This document shows positions 7,323 to 17,035 of a DNA stretch of 44,068 bases, piece after piece (positions within the stretch are counted from its first letter, which is position 1; each line of letters begins with the position of its first letter). A model generated the notes under the pieces. The model did not search any database. It saw only the letters and a program-made list of their open reading frames with translations, and was not told the DNA's origin. Source of the stretch: a virus (taxonomy: Duplodnaviria; Caudoviricetes); IMG/VR virus record IMGVR_UViG_3300033434_000396, positions 1-44,068 of that record; one strand, written 5' to 3'. A program made the translations under genes and the position numbers.

Positions 7323-7647
7323 TTTCGATCGTCTCCTTTGCTGTTTCGTATTCAGTCACAAGCGTTGTATAGTCCGTCTGGCGTTCGGTTGCAGTTGTAG
7401 TATCACCTGCCGTTAAGGCAGTTAGGTATGCCTGGGTTATCGCTGTAAATTGGGACTCATATTCTTCATCCAGTGCAGCAATCTTTTCTTCAGTGGTCAA
7501 TGTCGGCTCAGTATATTCCTGCCAGGAGGTTACGCCAGCCGACTTATACATTGGATAATACACTTCGTCAAATTCTGTTTGGGCGTTAATTACGCCGCTA
7601 ATTTTTGTAAATACCGATCCGTCCGAGATTAATAGTTCAATATCCAT
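7312..7647 (-). CDS. Putative tail fibre assembly/chaperone-like protein
   Basis: Directly downstream of fibre gene; acidic helical C-terminus. Confidence 0.55.
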   Translation of the reverse strand: MDIELLISDGSVFTKISGVINAQTEFDEVYYPMYKSAGVTSWQEYTEPTLTTEEKIAALDEEYESQFTAITQAYLTALTAGDTTTATERQTDYTTLVTEYETAKETIESGS

Positions 7648-7657
7648 GTGGCCCCTC

Positions 7658-8959
7658 CTATACTAATGTCAAGACTTTATACCATCCAGCGCCGCCTGCG
7701 CCGCCACTCCACGAGCTATATGTTGTATATGCACCGCCTGCGACTGTTATGGTTCCACTATTTGCAATCGTGTTACCGGCTAAAATTGCAACACCGCCGC
7801 CACCGCTACCGGCAACTATATTGTTTGTAGAATTAGATCCTCCGGCAGCCCCATTACAGTTTATAGTGCCGGTAAATATTATTTGTTTAGCTATAATTAT
7901 CACACAGCCACCGCCACCGCCGCTCGTGGCTGTAGTCGCAGCACCAGCTCCGCCAGCTGCTCCATAAGGATAAATTCCCATCTGTAAAAATCTTATGATA
8001 TTCGCACTACTCGGAGTTGCTCCATCGCTGGAAGAAGAGTGTCCAGTGCTTCCATTTAGTGATCCCCCCGAAGCCGCTACTAAAGGGTATTGAATATAAG
8101 TTGCGCCTCCAACGCCGCCAACCGTTGTTCCTACGCCACCACCGCCGCTGCCCGCGCAAAAGCCTATTGTACCACTGCCACTAGTTACTCCCGCACCACC
8201 CTTGCCAAGGCCATATATTGTACCACCAATTACAGCTGTACCAGTACATCGGATAACTAAATAATTACTACTCAGTGTAATTGTATGCTCAGACAACAAC
8301 ACAAAATTTGTGTAGTTATATTCCCCACCCATTGTGGTATCTGCGGTCGAATTAAACGAGCCATTCTCTCCTGTACCAAAATTATACAGCCAAGGCGGAT
8401 ACTTAAATTCCATAAACCTATCGTCAACAAGAGTGCCTAATCCGCTATAACTAACTGCAATCCATTTGCCCGCGTCACCCGAGTTAAATACAATTGTTCC
8501 AGTATTCCAGTTTGAATCATCCGTCACCGTACACGAATAATCTGGCCAGAATTGGCCACTTGTTGGTGTTGAGCTAACTTCAGCCATACTGTCTTCAATG
8601 AACACATAATCCCCTGAAGAATGGACGCTTGCCGTAGTGCTGTTGTATCCTCTAGTGACCGTCAGGGTTGAATCCGATATCGCAGAAACATAAAGCTGTT
8701 CAGAATTAATGGTGATTGTTTTGCCAACCGTAAACCAATCACCATTCGTAACAGTAATACTGGTGGCGCTAGTTGTCGATATCGCTGCCGATAGCATATC
8801 TACTATTCGCATTGACATTGACGACGGCGAAGCATTTTCCGGCACTTCGAGTAATTTTATTTCATAGGGAGTAACCGATGGTATTACATATATTTCGTCT
8901 GTAACAGTAAGAGCTTCTACACTATCAGAGTAAGGATCAAACCTGTAATTTGTCGACAC
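7658..8959 (-). CDS. Glycine-rich tail fibre/receptor-binding protein
   Basis: GGGGGG runs and LTVTRG motif; follows the hub gene. Confidence 0.75.
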   Translation of the reverse strand: MSTNYRFDPYSDSVEALTVTDEIYVIPSVTPYEIKLLEVPENASPSSMSMRIVDMLSAAISTTSATSITVTNGDWFTVGKTITINSEQLYVSAISDSTLTVTRGYNSTTASVHSSGDYVFIEDSMAEVSSTPTSGQFWPDYSCTVTDDSNWNTGTIVFNSGDAGKWIAVSYSGLGTLVDDRFMEFKYPPWLYNFGTGENGSFNSTADTTMGGEYNYTNFVLLSEHTITLSSNYLVIRCTGTAVIGGTIYGLGKGGAGVTSGSGTIGFCAGSGGGGVGTTVGGVGGATYIQYPLVAASGGSLNGSTGHSSSSDGATPSSANIIRFLQMGIYPYGAAGGAGAATTATSGGGGGCVIIIAKQIIFTGTINCNGAAGGSNSTNNIVAGSGGGGVAILAGNTIANSGTITVAGGAYTTYSSWSGGAGGAGWYKVLTLV

Positions 8960-8970
8960 TACTAATCACC

Positions 8971-10209
8971 TCATTCATCATCAGATGAGTCGCTTAAATC
9001 AGCAAAAGCGTCTGCATCATCTTGAGCTTTTATTAGTTGGCGAATATATTTATCCAGCCTGTCCGGCTTATTGCCAAGCGTTATTTCCATTGTTATGCCG
9101 TCATCGCCAGATATTTTATAGTCCACTTCGGTTACCTGGTATTCGTATTGCGTGCCATCTTCACAATTGATTACGGCCATACCTTCAGGCTTTATATTGC
9201 GTTTAATCACGTCCAGGGTAAAACCGCTCAACTTGGCTGAGAAAGTTGGATTCTTCGTATTCTCCAATTTGTTCTGAGCCCACCTAATGACGTCGGTCTC
9301 GGTAATCGCTGTTGGCATTGTAAAAACATCTTCGTAATAGCCGTATGTCTCAATGCTTTCAGAATCCGAAAATACAACCGGATTACTATCGTCATCCAAA
9401 TAATAATACGATCCATCATCCTGTTCCTCGCCATATTTAACGTAAAAGTAATTAACCAGGTCCGACATATCTTCCTCAGGTTCGAATGTTGTAAAGTGCG
9501 TTCCAACCCAAAGCCTTGTATCTTCGTTAACTGTAGTGTCACGGGGTTTCCAGAAGAAATCCATTAACTCGTCCACACCGTAGACATAATCATCGGCGTA
9601 ACCAGCTAAATCTTCCAGCACATCCGAAGCGGTTGCATAAGCGAACTGCTGCCCAGTCAGTGTAAAATCAGTCGATACCATCTTGCGGCTGTTATAGGAT
9701 ATTCCTGTTTTTCCTGCTATGTAATTTCGGATCAAATCCTTAACTGCTGAAGTAACTTCAATGTCTTCATAAGTTTTATTGATAATGATCTTCTCAAATT
9801 TGCCGTAATATCCATAACCGGCTATTTCTACAGTATCAGTCGTAGTACCAGATAAGCCCCTCTGATTAACATAGCCGCAGTAGCGCGGCGAAGTTTCACC
9901 AAAGAGATATATTTCGATCCTCTGATTAATAAATATCAGACTAGCATATTCCCGGCTAAGTGTTAGCGTAAAATCACTACAGCCGGTTTCTTCTAACTTA
10001 AATTCAACGGATACAAGCGGGCTATCGAAAATGTCACTGGACAGGTACTGCGAGATCTGGCCTGATGAATTATACAAAGCAATATAAAATGCATTATCTA
10101 TTGTCGGGTAAGTTATGCTAGTTTCTTCGCTGGTTGTCGTATTGGTTATTCCGGCTAATATATACTTACCCGCCAATGAACGCCCAGAAAGAATATTCAT
10201 TATAGCCAC
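8971..10209 (-). CDS. Tail tip hub/Tal-like protein
   Basis: Position after Dit, ~410 aa, hub-like motif pattern; start may be 10200. Confidence 0.65.
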   Translation of the reverse strand: MAIMNILSGRSLAGKYILAGITNTTTSEETSITYPTIDNAFYIALYNSSGQISQYLSSDIFDSPLVSVEFKLEETGCSDFTLTLSREYASLIFINQRIEIYLFGETSPRYCGYVNQRGLSGTTTDTVEIAGYGYYGKFEKIIINKTYEDIEVTSAVKDLIRNYIAGKTGISYNSRKMVSTDFTLTGQQFAYATASDVLEDLAGYADDYVYGVDELMDFFWKPRDTTVNEDTRLWVGTHFTTFEPEEDMSDLVNYFYVKYGEEQDDGSYYYLDDDSNPVVFSDSESIETYGYYEDVFTMPTAITETDVIRWAQNKLENTKNPTFSAKLSGFTLDVIKRNIKPEGMAVINCEDGTQYEYQVTEVDYKISGDDGITMEITLGNKPDRLDKYIRQLIKAQDDADAFADLSDSSDDE

Positions 10210-11585
10210 CTCACCGGATAATCAATTTTGATCGTGCAAGCTCCTCCGGTGTAAGTAAAAATGTTATCGCCAGGAACAAGGTGCATAAATGTACCGGTTA
10301 AGTAATTAATTGTATTATCGCCATTAAGCTCGACAGTACCATCCGTCGAATTAATGACCAACACCTTTCCGGCAGTAAAATCTGCATTGATATAACTTAA
10401 CGTCCGGCTGTTATCCGAGCTGTTAACCAGTGTTATTGAGGTACAGGCATCAGTGGCAGTGATTGTTATTTCAATTGGCGTGTCAATGCTGCCGGAATTG
10501 GTAACTGTAAACGATTGACCGGTTGCCGTGATTGTCGTCGTTGATGTGGCCGTGCCAGTGTACCAGAACGGATCGAGTGCCAAGAGAGTAATGGTTAATT
10601 CGGATTTTTTTAAATACCAGCCATCAACAAATGTTTCGGATATGCTGGATAGATTGGAAATATTAATATAGCGGTCACCGGTTATGTATAACTTATAATC
10701 TGCCTGTGCTAAATAGCGTTTCAATAAATCGACCACCGCAAAATAATTTGCCGTGGTCGTTTGGTCAATTTCAACTGTTATTTCGATTTCTCGGTAGTCA
10801 ACCTTGCCATCAGCGGTTAAAATACCGCCATGCTGGAACATCTTTGATGTAGCATCAACCCGCTGGCTCAGATCGGCAGCGGTCATAACAGCGTATTTAG
10901 GCAAAGCATACTCAATGTCAAGCAAGTCCGCCATAAGATCAGCGTAATAGATCGTATTTTTATCTGTTTCAATTGTCTTTTCAATCATTCCATTAACCGC
11001 TGCCCAATCGTCGGAGCGATATATGTTTGATATATTTAGGTTGGAAATTTGACCGCACGCCTGTAGGGTGCCATCCTGCTTTGAGCAAATATACGTGGTG
11101 CCTAGCGTCAAACTTGGCGCTGTTGAGGTTATGGTTATTGAGGTGCCGCTAATCCAATCCTGCATTACAGTAACGCCATTGACTAACAACGATACACCGC
11201 TAGAGCTATAGCGGAGAGTAAATCGGCTTTTGGCTGTTACTGTTTTATTGGCGGTTAGGGTTACCTCTGCTGATCCGGTGCCATAGACCAAAACGGGATA
11301 ATCATTTGGATCGAGATATAACAGTAGATTGGCATTAGTCGCACCGCCACCGTCAACCAAATAGCGCAACGTTCCTGTATCGCCTGGTGTAAAATCAAAT
11401 ACGATTGTGCCTTTGGTATTCAGCAATGTCCCGGACGGCAGTGTCAGCGTTTCAGAATCGGCATCAATGGTTAGACCGTCATCTTCAAACCTGGCTACCC
11501 CACTGGCCACTGCTGTACCATCTGTTTTATAGGCGATAGAGGTGCGGGTAAAAGTTGCTGTTTGCGTATCTGATTTTATATGCAT
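10200..11585 (-). CDS. Distal tail protein (Dit) with N-terminal LamG-like domain
   Basis: Follows TMP; ALDPFWY, NSGSIDTP, LVPGDN, YPVRWL motifs in C-terminal half. Confidence 0.8.
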   Translation of the reverse strand: MHIKSDTQTATFTRTSIAYKTDGTAVASGVARFEDDGLTIDADSETLTLPSGTLLNTKGTIVFDFTPGDTGTLRYLVDGGGATNANLLLYLDPNDYPVLVYGTGSAEVTLTANKTVTAKSRFTLRYSSSGVSLLVNGVTVMQDWISGTSITITSTAPSLTLGTTYICSKQDGTLQACGQISNLNISNIYRSDDWAAVNGMIEKTIETDKNTIYYADLMADLLDIEYALPKYAVMTAADLSQRVDATSKMFQHGGILTADGKVDYREIEITVEIDQTTTANYFAVVDLLKRYLAQADYKLYITGDRYINISNLSSISETFVDGWYLKKSELTITLLALDPFWYTGTATSTTTITATGQSFTVTNSGSIDTPIEITITATDACTSITLVNSSDNSRTLSYINADFTAGKVLVINSTDGTVELNGDNTINYLTGTFMHLVPGDNIFTYTGGACTIKIDYPVRWL

Positions 11586-11587
11586 AT

Positions 11588-14500
11588 TTACGACGCCCCC
11601 ATCAACCCATACTTAATTTTTTTGACAAGATTTTTATTAATTTTATCAAGGTCGGCTTCAGTGTTTATGTCACCGTAAATATTTTGAGTCGTGGTAATTG
11701 CTGTGCCGCCACCTGAGTTTGTCGGACTTACTGAATTACGCCGATCGATCGGCACGGTATTGGGGTAACGACCTTGGCCGATCTGAGCCAAAGTCGGAGT
11801 AGCAACAATGCCACCTGATGCTAATTTAGGCATTTGCCCATTATTAAGTGCATTAAAAAAGCCTACGCCGAATTTATCTACTGCCGCAGCCTTAATAACA
11901 TATTCGCCGTTCGATAACCAAGACAAAATACTATCAGAGGTTGACGTTCCATCGCCGGAAACTGATCCGCCAGTGGCCATTTTAGGCACTGCTAAAGCTG
12001 TTGCCGCTGCTACAGCCGCCGTCATACCCGCAATTGCAGATTCAGAATTTGCCCCCATAGTCGCTAAAGATACCATAGCCGCCGCTGGTGCCCAAGCCGC
12101 TGCAACCGCCGCCGCCATAACAGTAGATGCAGCCGTTAATGTTGCCATAACGGTTGTTGCTAAAGTCGTTTGGGTCGTCAAAGCTGCGGCCTGCGCAGCC
12201 GTTACCGCTGAATAATACGCTGTAGCCGCTGCCGTTCTAGCAGTATATGCTCCTACAGTTGCCGCCGTAGCCTGTGCTTGGGCCGTGGTAGTATTTGCAA
12301 CATCTGCGGCATTCTGGACTTTACCTGTTAAAGAAAATGCAATACGACTAGCATACATCTTAGCGTATACTCCAACTATTGTTTTAACTAAATTCTTTCC
12401 AAAATCGCTCCATGTACTTTTAATATCATCCGAAAAACTAATAGTATCTGTCAAAAATGTACTTAAATTATCTGTCATACCATCAACTGCGTTAGCCCAT
12501 AACTCCTGGGCTGTTTGAGTAGCCGATTTCCAAAGCTTTAAATAGGTATCCATATATGCCTTTTTGCCCTCTAAGCTTTGTTGTTCTAGCCCTCGTTGAT
12601 CGTTTACTAAAGTTTGGTAAGCTGTTATATTTCCGGTATTATAAGCTTTATCTAATTCCTCTTTATACTTGGTTTCTTCATACTTTAAGGCCTTTAACTT
12701 ATTATAGTGTGCGCCCGCTGCCGCCAAATTTTCAGCATTTATCTGTTCAGTAAAATCCAAATTCCCCTGCTCAGTCTTCTTATAAGCAATACTTTTTTCA
12801 CTCAGACTTTTTTCCATTGCCGCCTTTTCTACATCGGTAGAGCTTACATATTTAGCGGCTAACTCATCATATTTCTTTTCAATTTCATCAATCGTTTTTT
12901 CATATTTTAATTTAAGTTCAGCTAAATCTTTATCAACCCCATCAGGCATAATATCTATCTGCATTTCTTTAAAGTCGAAGGATAAATTACTAATACTCGA
13001 CTGAATGTTCCTGATTTTTTCTGCTGTTTCTTGTTCGATTTTTAACCTCTTAGCGGCATATGTCGCCTGCAGCATTGTTACATCTTGCTGATAATTTTCA
13101 TTAGCACTTTTGGTTTCTTCAAGAGATTTTGTTTGTTTTGCTTTCCACGCATCTAATTGTTGCAGACTGGTATTTGTGGTCTGAACCCATTCCTGGTAAA
13201 TTGATTTATGAACTTGCTCTGCTTTCTTTTTAAGTTCTTCTATTGCTTTTGCAGCTTTATTTGCGGCACTGCTCGCAGATGATCCAGCTCCAGAAGCAGC
13301 TGATCCAGCGGCAGCAGCAGCAGCACTAGCAGCCGAATGCAATCCTGTAAACGAATTGTAAACTTTTTTTACGCCATCGCCTAGGCTGCTAATGCCTTTA
13401 TTAAAAGCCCCAATACTGACGCCGGAGAACCCCTTAGATACAGTAGCCGCAGCCGCATTTAATTGCGCTCCAGCATCCTTTATGCTCTGACTAGCTGCGT
13501 CAACTTTAGCCTGTAGGCCATCAAGGTAAGAGCTAACCGCGGCTGATAACTCTCCACCGATTAAGTTTGCAAGTGGTTGCAACGTTGTAAGAATTGTTTG
13601 TACACCGGTATAAAACAAGGCTTTCGTTGATCCCCAAAATAACTGAAACGTCGCAGAAATACCACTCATTAAGCCACTAAACAGCGTTCCGAGCGGTTCC
13701 CAGTTTTTCCAAATTTCATAAGCCAAAAGCCCAACCGCCGCGCCTACCGCTAAAAAAGGAGCGAGCGGAGCTATTGCGGTCCATACTGATAAAGCAAAGG
13801 CAATCATCGCCGGTATGGCCGCTGCTATCAAAGCTCCGGATAAAGCAAATACTGCTGCAGTCAATTCTGCGGGTATTAAGTTTACTAATGCCTCTTTCAG
13901 TCCGTTGGTTTGGATATATGAAGCAAAATTACTTAGCGCATTTGAAACCGTTTGCAACTTAGCTTTTATATCCAAGCCTGCGATTATCTTATCCCCAATG
14001 TACCTAGCCGCAGTAGCCGCATTATCCTTTATAGTAGAAAATAACCCGGGGATCTCCTTCGACAGCCCTTCCATACCACCTTTGAATTTAGTCTGCATTC
14101 CTGTAACAATAGCGTTAATGCCAGTTACACCAGATACAGCGCCGTTTTCAGCCATTTTCATAGCAGTTGGAATGTCGGTGCCAATTGCGTCAGCAAGCAT
14201 CTGCCAAACTGGTATACCAGTTTCTGCCAATTGATTCATTTCTTCAGCGCTCACCTTGCCTTTGGCGTTCATCTGACCAAGGGCTAATGTTATCCTGTCT
14301 ATGCCCTCCTGGCCGACTCCTAGCAGTGCTGCAGCATCGCCAATTGCCGTCATAATCGGGATTATATCTTGAGCGGCAAAACCGAAAGCCAGCATTTTTT
14401 TCGACGCTGTTGTTAAGCCAGCAAGTTCAAAGGGAGTATCTGCTGCAAACTGGGCTAAGTCATTTAAAAATTGTTCGGCTAGCTGCGCATTACCCATCAA

Positions 14501-14734
14501 TGTTGTAAAGGATTTTTTTGTAACTGCCATATCACTAGCCATTTTTACAGATGCAACAGCAACAGCACCAAGCCCTGCGGCTAGTCCTGCGAAGCCAACA
14601 GCAAGGTCATTTGAAAGACTAAGCGCATCCGAGCCGAAGGCCGATTTTAGCTGTTTCTGAGCATGTTTAAGCTCCTTGTCAAGATCACTTGTATCCGCGC
14701 CAAGCTTAATCAGCAAGTCTGCCAATGTTGCCAA
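11588..14734 (-). CDS. Tail tape measure protein
   Basis: 1048 aa, Ala-rich helical; FAADTPFE, ALGQMNAKGKV, C-terminal ATGG..G.GTSTSDSI..WLSNGEYV. Confidence 0.95.
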   Translation of the reverse strand: MATLADLLIKLGADTSDLDKELKHAQKQLKSAFGSDALSLSNDLAVGFAGLAAGLGAVAVASVKMASDMAVTKKSFTTLMGNAQLAEQFLNDLAQFAADTPFELAGLTTASKKMLAFGFAAQDIIPIMTAIGDAAALLGVGQEGIDRITLALGQMNAKGKVSAEEMNQLAETGIPVWQMLADAIGTDIPTAMKMAENGAVSGVTGINAIVTGMQTKFKGGMEGLSKEIPGLFSTIKDNAATAARYIGDKIIAGLDIKAKLQTVSNALSNFASYIQTNGLKEALVNLIPAELTAAVFALSGALIAAAIPAMIAFALSVWTAIAPLAPFLAVGAAVGLLAYEIWKNWEPLGTLFSGLMSGISATFQLFWGSTKALFYTGVQTILTTLQPLANLIGGELSAAVSSYLDGLQAKVDAASQSIKDAGAQLNAAAATVSKGFSGVSIGAFNKGISSLGDGVKKVYNSFTGLHSAASAAAAAAGSAASGAGSSASSAANKAAKAIEELKKKAEQVHKSIYQEWVQTTNTSLQQLDAWKAKQTKSLEETKSANENYQQDVTMLQATYAAKRLKIEQETAEKIRNIQSSISNLSFDFKEMQIDIMPDGVDKDLAELKLKYEKTIDEIEKKYDELAAKYVSSTDVEKAAMEKSLSEKSIAYKKTEQGNLDFTEQINAENLAAAGAHYNKLKALKYEETKYKEELDKAYNTGNITAYQTLVNDQRGLEQQSLEGKKAYMDTYLKLWKSATQTAQELWANAVDGMTDNLSTFLTDTISFSDDIKSTWSDFGKNLVKTIVGVYAKMYASRIAFSLTGKVQNAADVANTTTAQAQATAATVGAYTARTAAATAYYSAVTAAQAAALTTQTTLATTVMATLTAASTVMAAAVAAAWAPAAAMVSLATMGANSESAIAGMTAAVAAATALAVPKMATGGSVSGDGTSTSDSILSWLSNGEYVIKAAAVDKFGVGFFNALNNGQMPKLASGGIVATPTLAQIGQGRYPNTVPIDRRNSVSPTNSGGGTAITTTQNIYGDINTEADLDKINKNLVKKIKYGLMGAS

Positions 14735-14735
14735 A

Positions 14736-15070
14736 TTACTTCACCTCCCCGAAGAGCCGCTTAACAGCTTCAAGTTCGCGCCGCTTTTCTTCCTTCGTTC
14801 GCGTATCCCGCTTTGGTTTTTTGCCTAACAATTTTGCTGGAGTTATCTTGCGTTTCAAATGTAGGTTCATCAAATTAGCGGCCAGCCATGCCGTTCTTTG
14901 ATACTCCATTTCCTGCCGGGTGTTAAACCCTTCCAGTATGTCAGCAAATTCCCCCGGTGTCAGTCGGTCAAATTCCCAAGGTTTTAATCCCAATATTCCG
15001 ATTGCTGCTTTTTTGTCATTCTCGTATTTTTCGCAGAAGGCAAGGGGCGCTAGTTCAGCACCCCCTCCAC
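14736..15070 (-). CDS. Tail assembly chaperone T segment (expressed by -1 frameshift as G-T fusion)
   Basis: Open -1 frame from slippery site into LGLKPWEFDRLTPGEF. Confidence 0.8.
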
Positions 15071-15077
15071 GTTTCCC
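15042..15077 (-). promoter_or_regulatory. Programmed -1 ribosomal frameshift signal
   Basis: G GGA AAC heptamer (15077-15071) in frame, followed by AGGGGGTGCT-GAACT-AGCGCCCCTT hairpin. Confidence 0.85.
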
Positions 15078-15412
15078 CCTGATTCGTCCCCAGCTTCATC
15101 ACTTTGCATCGGTTTACCAAACAGCCCACTAGCGTTAAGCGCTTCTGATATTTTTGCCATTAAATCACCGAGTGAACCACCATTACTCATATACTCAGAA
15201 AGCATTTGCCCCAACCGATCCATTGTTAAACCTCTATCCTGCCAAATTAGACCGCCGTATAACAGCGCCCGTACTGCCCCGAATCCGAGGTTGTCAGCAC
15301 TCATAAGTTGTATTACTGATTTCCCGGCCTTCGCCTCAACCTCACACAGAGCATTATAATCAAACTTCAGCTTGCGGGTTTTACCGCCAAGCTCAATTTC
15401 AACATAATTCAT
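15050..15412 (-). CDS. Tail assembly chaperone G
   Basis: IELGGKTRKLKFDYNALCEVE; between tail tube genes and TMP. Confidence 0.85.
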   Translation of the reverse strand: MNYVEIELGGKTRKLKFDYNALCEVEAKAGKSVIQLMSADNLGFGAVRALLYGGLIWQDRGLTMDRLGQMLSEYMSNGGSLGDLMAKISEALNASGLFGKPMQSDEAGDESGGNVEGVLN

Positions 15413-15433
15413 AATTTGCACCTCATTAAAAAT

Positions 15434-15763
15434 TTATGGTATTTCCACGACCGCAACAGTGACAGATGTTACTGCAGAGTAAGTTATATAGGCGTAGCCG
15501 TTGGCATCGTTATAGTACGCTGGTGGAAACGGCCCAATCAATACATCGCCAGCCGCAGCAACTGATACGGCTATATTATGGAGCGTGCCAAGCGGGCACG
15601 CTGTCTGAGCCGCTACTGTGACAGTAACAGCAGCCGAGCTGGCGTTTTTAACGCGCAACACAGATTTGCCGGTATTGACAAAATAGTCGCCGCCCGACAC
15701 TGCAGATGCCAACGTTGTTGTCAGTCCAGCCTTTGTAGTCTGTTGTTTGCTAATCAGTGACAT
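15434..15763 (-). CDS. Small beta-rich tail accessory protein
   Basis: Follows major tail gene; own GAGGAG RBS; IGPFP..YND motif. Confidence 0.65.
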   Translation of the reverse strand: MSLISKQQTTKAGLTTTLASAVSGGDYFVNTGKSVLRVKNASSAAVTVTVAAQTACPLGTLHNIAVSVAAAGDVLIGPFPPAYYNDANGYAYITYSAVTSVTVAVVEIP

Positions 15764-15776
15764 ATCACTCCTCCTC

Positions 15777-16184
15777 CTATACCTTCGTCAACGCGCCGCT
15801 ACCTGTCAGCGTGTATGATACCGTTGCCTCACTATCGTAAGAGGCATCATACGAAAAATCGGTCAGCGTGGCCAGACCAGTATAAGTATGAGCAGCAGGT
15901 GTATAGAGTTGGACGTATACCTGCGTATTGTTTATGTAACACGTTTCGAGTTGTACCATTCCTGTGTCCGTTTCCAAAATAAGCCCATCACCATCAATTG
16001 ACCAACTACGAATTGTCGGCAATCCCTCATGCCAACCACTTGATGATTTACTAGTAGTGTCAGCTTCATCCGTACTTAGATTAAGCGTAGCACTACGTTG
16101 ACCAGCGACAGTGGTATAGACCGGGGACGCGGTTGTCCCGGTATTAACTTTGATCAAAAAACCAACGCCTGTTACAGCAGCCAT
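15777..16184 (-). CDS. Major tail tube protein (TP901-1-like)
   Basis: VAGQRSATL...DTTSK..GW.E.LP.IRSWSI..DG...LTGSGAL. Confidence 0.9.
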   Translation of the reverse strand: MAAVTGVGFLIKVNTGTTASPVYTTVAGQRSATLNLSTDEADTTSKSSSGWHEGLPTIRSWSIDGDGLILETDTGMVQLETCYINNTQVYVQLYTPAAHTYTGLATLTDFSYDASYDSEATVSYTLTGSGALTKV

Positions 16185-16621
16185 TATTCATCCTCCTCTA
16201 TCTTTTTGATTTCGTAGTAATACACAAAAACTGACCTATCGGCAAAATATTGTTTATCGCCAATCGCATGGACTGTAGCCTTATAGCCAGTCGTTACTTC
16301 TAACGAACTTGCCGTTTGTGCCGCAATTACCGTGTCAGTAAAATCCCATACATCATCAGCATTGTAAGCAGTTATTGTCCCTTGAACAATTGCGCCATCT
16401 GTATATACCGGCTCATCGAATTCTAAAGAAAATGTCGATGAGTCAATCCCTGCGGTAGTCAAACAACTTGCGACAGCCGTTTTTAGTAAATTCGTTTCCG
16501 TCGTTGTGCTGTCATCAGTGCTGGTATCTGTCGTGCTGTCGGTTGTATCCGTCGACGTTGAGCTATCCGTTGTCGTACTGTCGTCGGTTGTTGTAGTAGT
16601 ATCGGTTGTTTCGTCAGCCAT
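16184..16621 (-). CDS. Hypothetical protein: Thr/Asp/Ser-rich N-terminus plus tail-terminator-like domain
   Basis: ~42-aa low-complexity leader; remainder aligns by eye with adjacent terminator gene. Confidence 0.55.
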   Translation of the reverse strand: MADETTDTTTTTDDSTTTDSSTSTDTTDSTTDTSTDDSTTTETNLLKTAVASCLTTAGIDSSTFSLEFDEPVYTDGAIVQGTITAYNADDVWDFTDTVIAAQTASSLEVTTGYKATVHAIGDKQYFADRSVFVYYYEIKKIEEDE

Positions 16622-16627
16622 CCTTCA

Positions 16628-17035
16628 TCACCCCATATCTTGTATTTTATATTTAAACGCTATCGATCCATATCGATAAACTAAGCCATCGCGCTCATAC
16701 CGAGCAATTTTGCCGGACTCCGTTTTTTTAGTAACAACAACCTTAAAATTATCTGCCGATAAGTCAGGCAAATAATCACTTAACGCTGCTGTCACCGCAT
16801 CAAGCATTGCACAAACCTCTTTTGTGCCACTGTATTTTGACCAGCAAAAAACGGTATGGGTTATCTCCATACCGCTCGTCGTCATGGTTGACCAGTCATT
16901 AAAATCAAATTCGCCAATTGTTATATAAGCATCCGGCTCATTGTCCGGTACTTTATCATAAATACCATAGTTACTAATTTGAGCTGTCAGCCGATCATAG
17001 ATAGCTACCTGCAAAGGCCATACTGACGATCTCAT
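16628..17035 (-). CDS. Tail terminator/completion protein (DUF3168-like)
   Basis: LQVAIYDRL...IYDKVP...YITIGE...WSKYSG.KE. Confidence 0.85.
   Translation of the reverse strand: MRSSVWPLQVAIYDRLTAQISNYGIYDKVPDNEPDAYITIGEFDFNDWSTMTTSGMEITHTVFCWSKYSGTKEVCAMLDAVTAALSDYLPDLSADNFKVVVTKKTESGKIARYERDGLVYRYGSIAFKYKIQDMG

Noticed and set aside
5288-8959. Diversity-generating retroelement or invertible fibre cassette
   Set aside because: No reverse transcriptase or invertase, and I saw no near-identical nucleotide template repeat; the Dit/fibre similarity is old and at protein level
15434-16184. Frameshift or read-through fusion of tail tube to the next gene
   Set aside because: The downstream gene has its own strong RBS and no slippery site was evident
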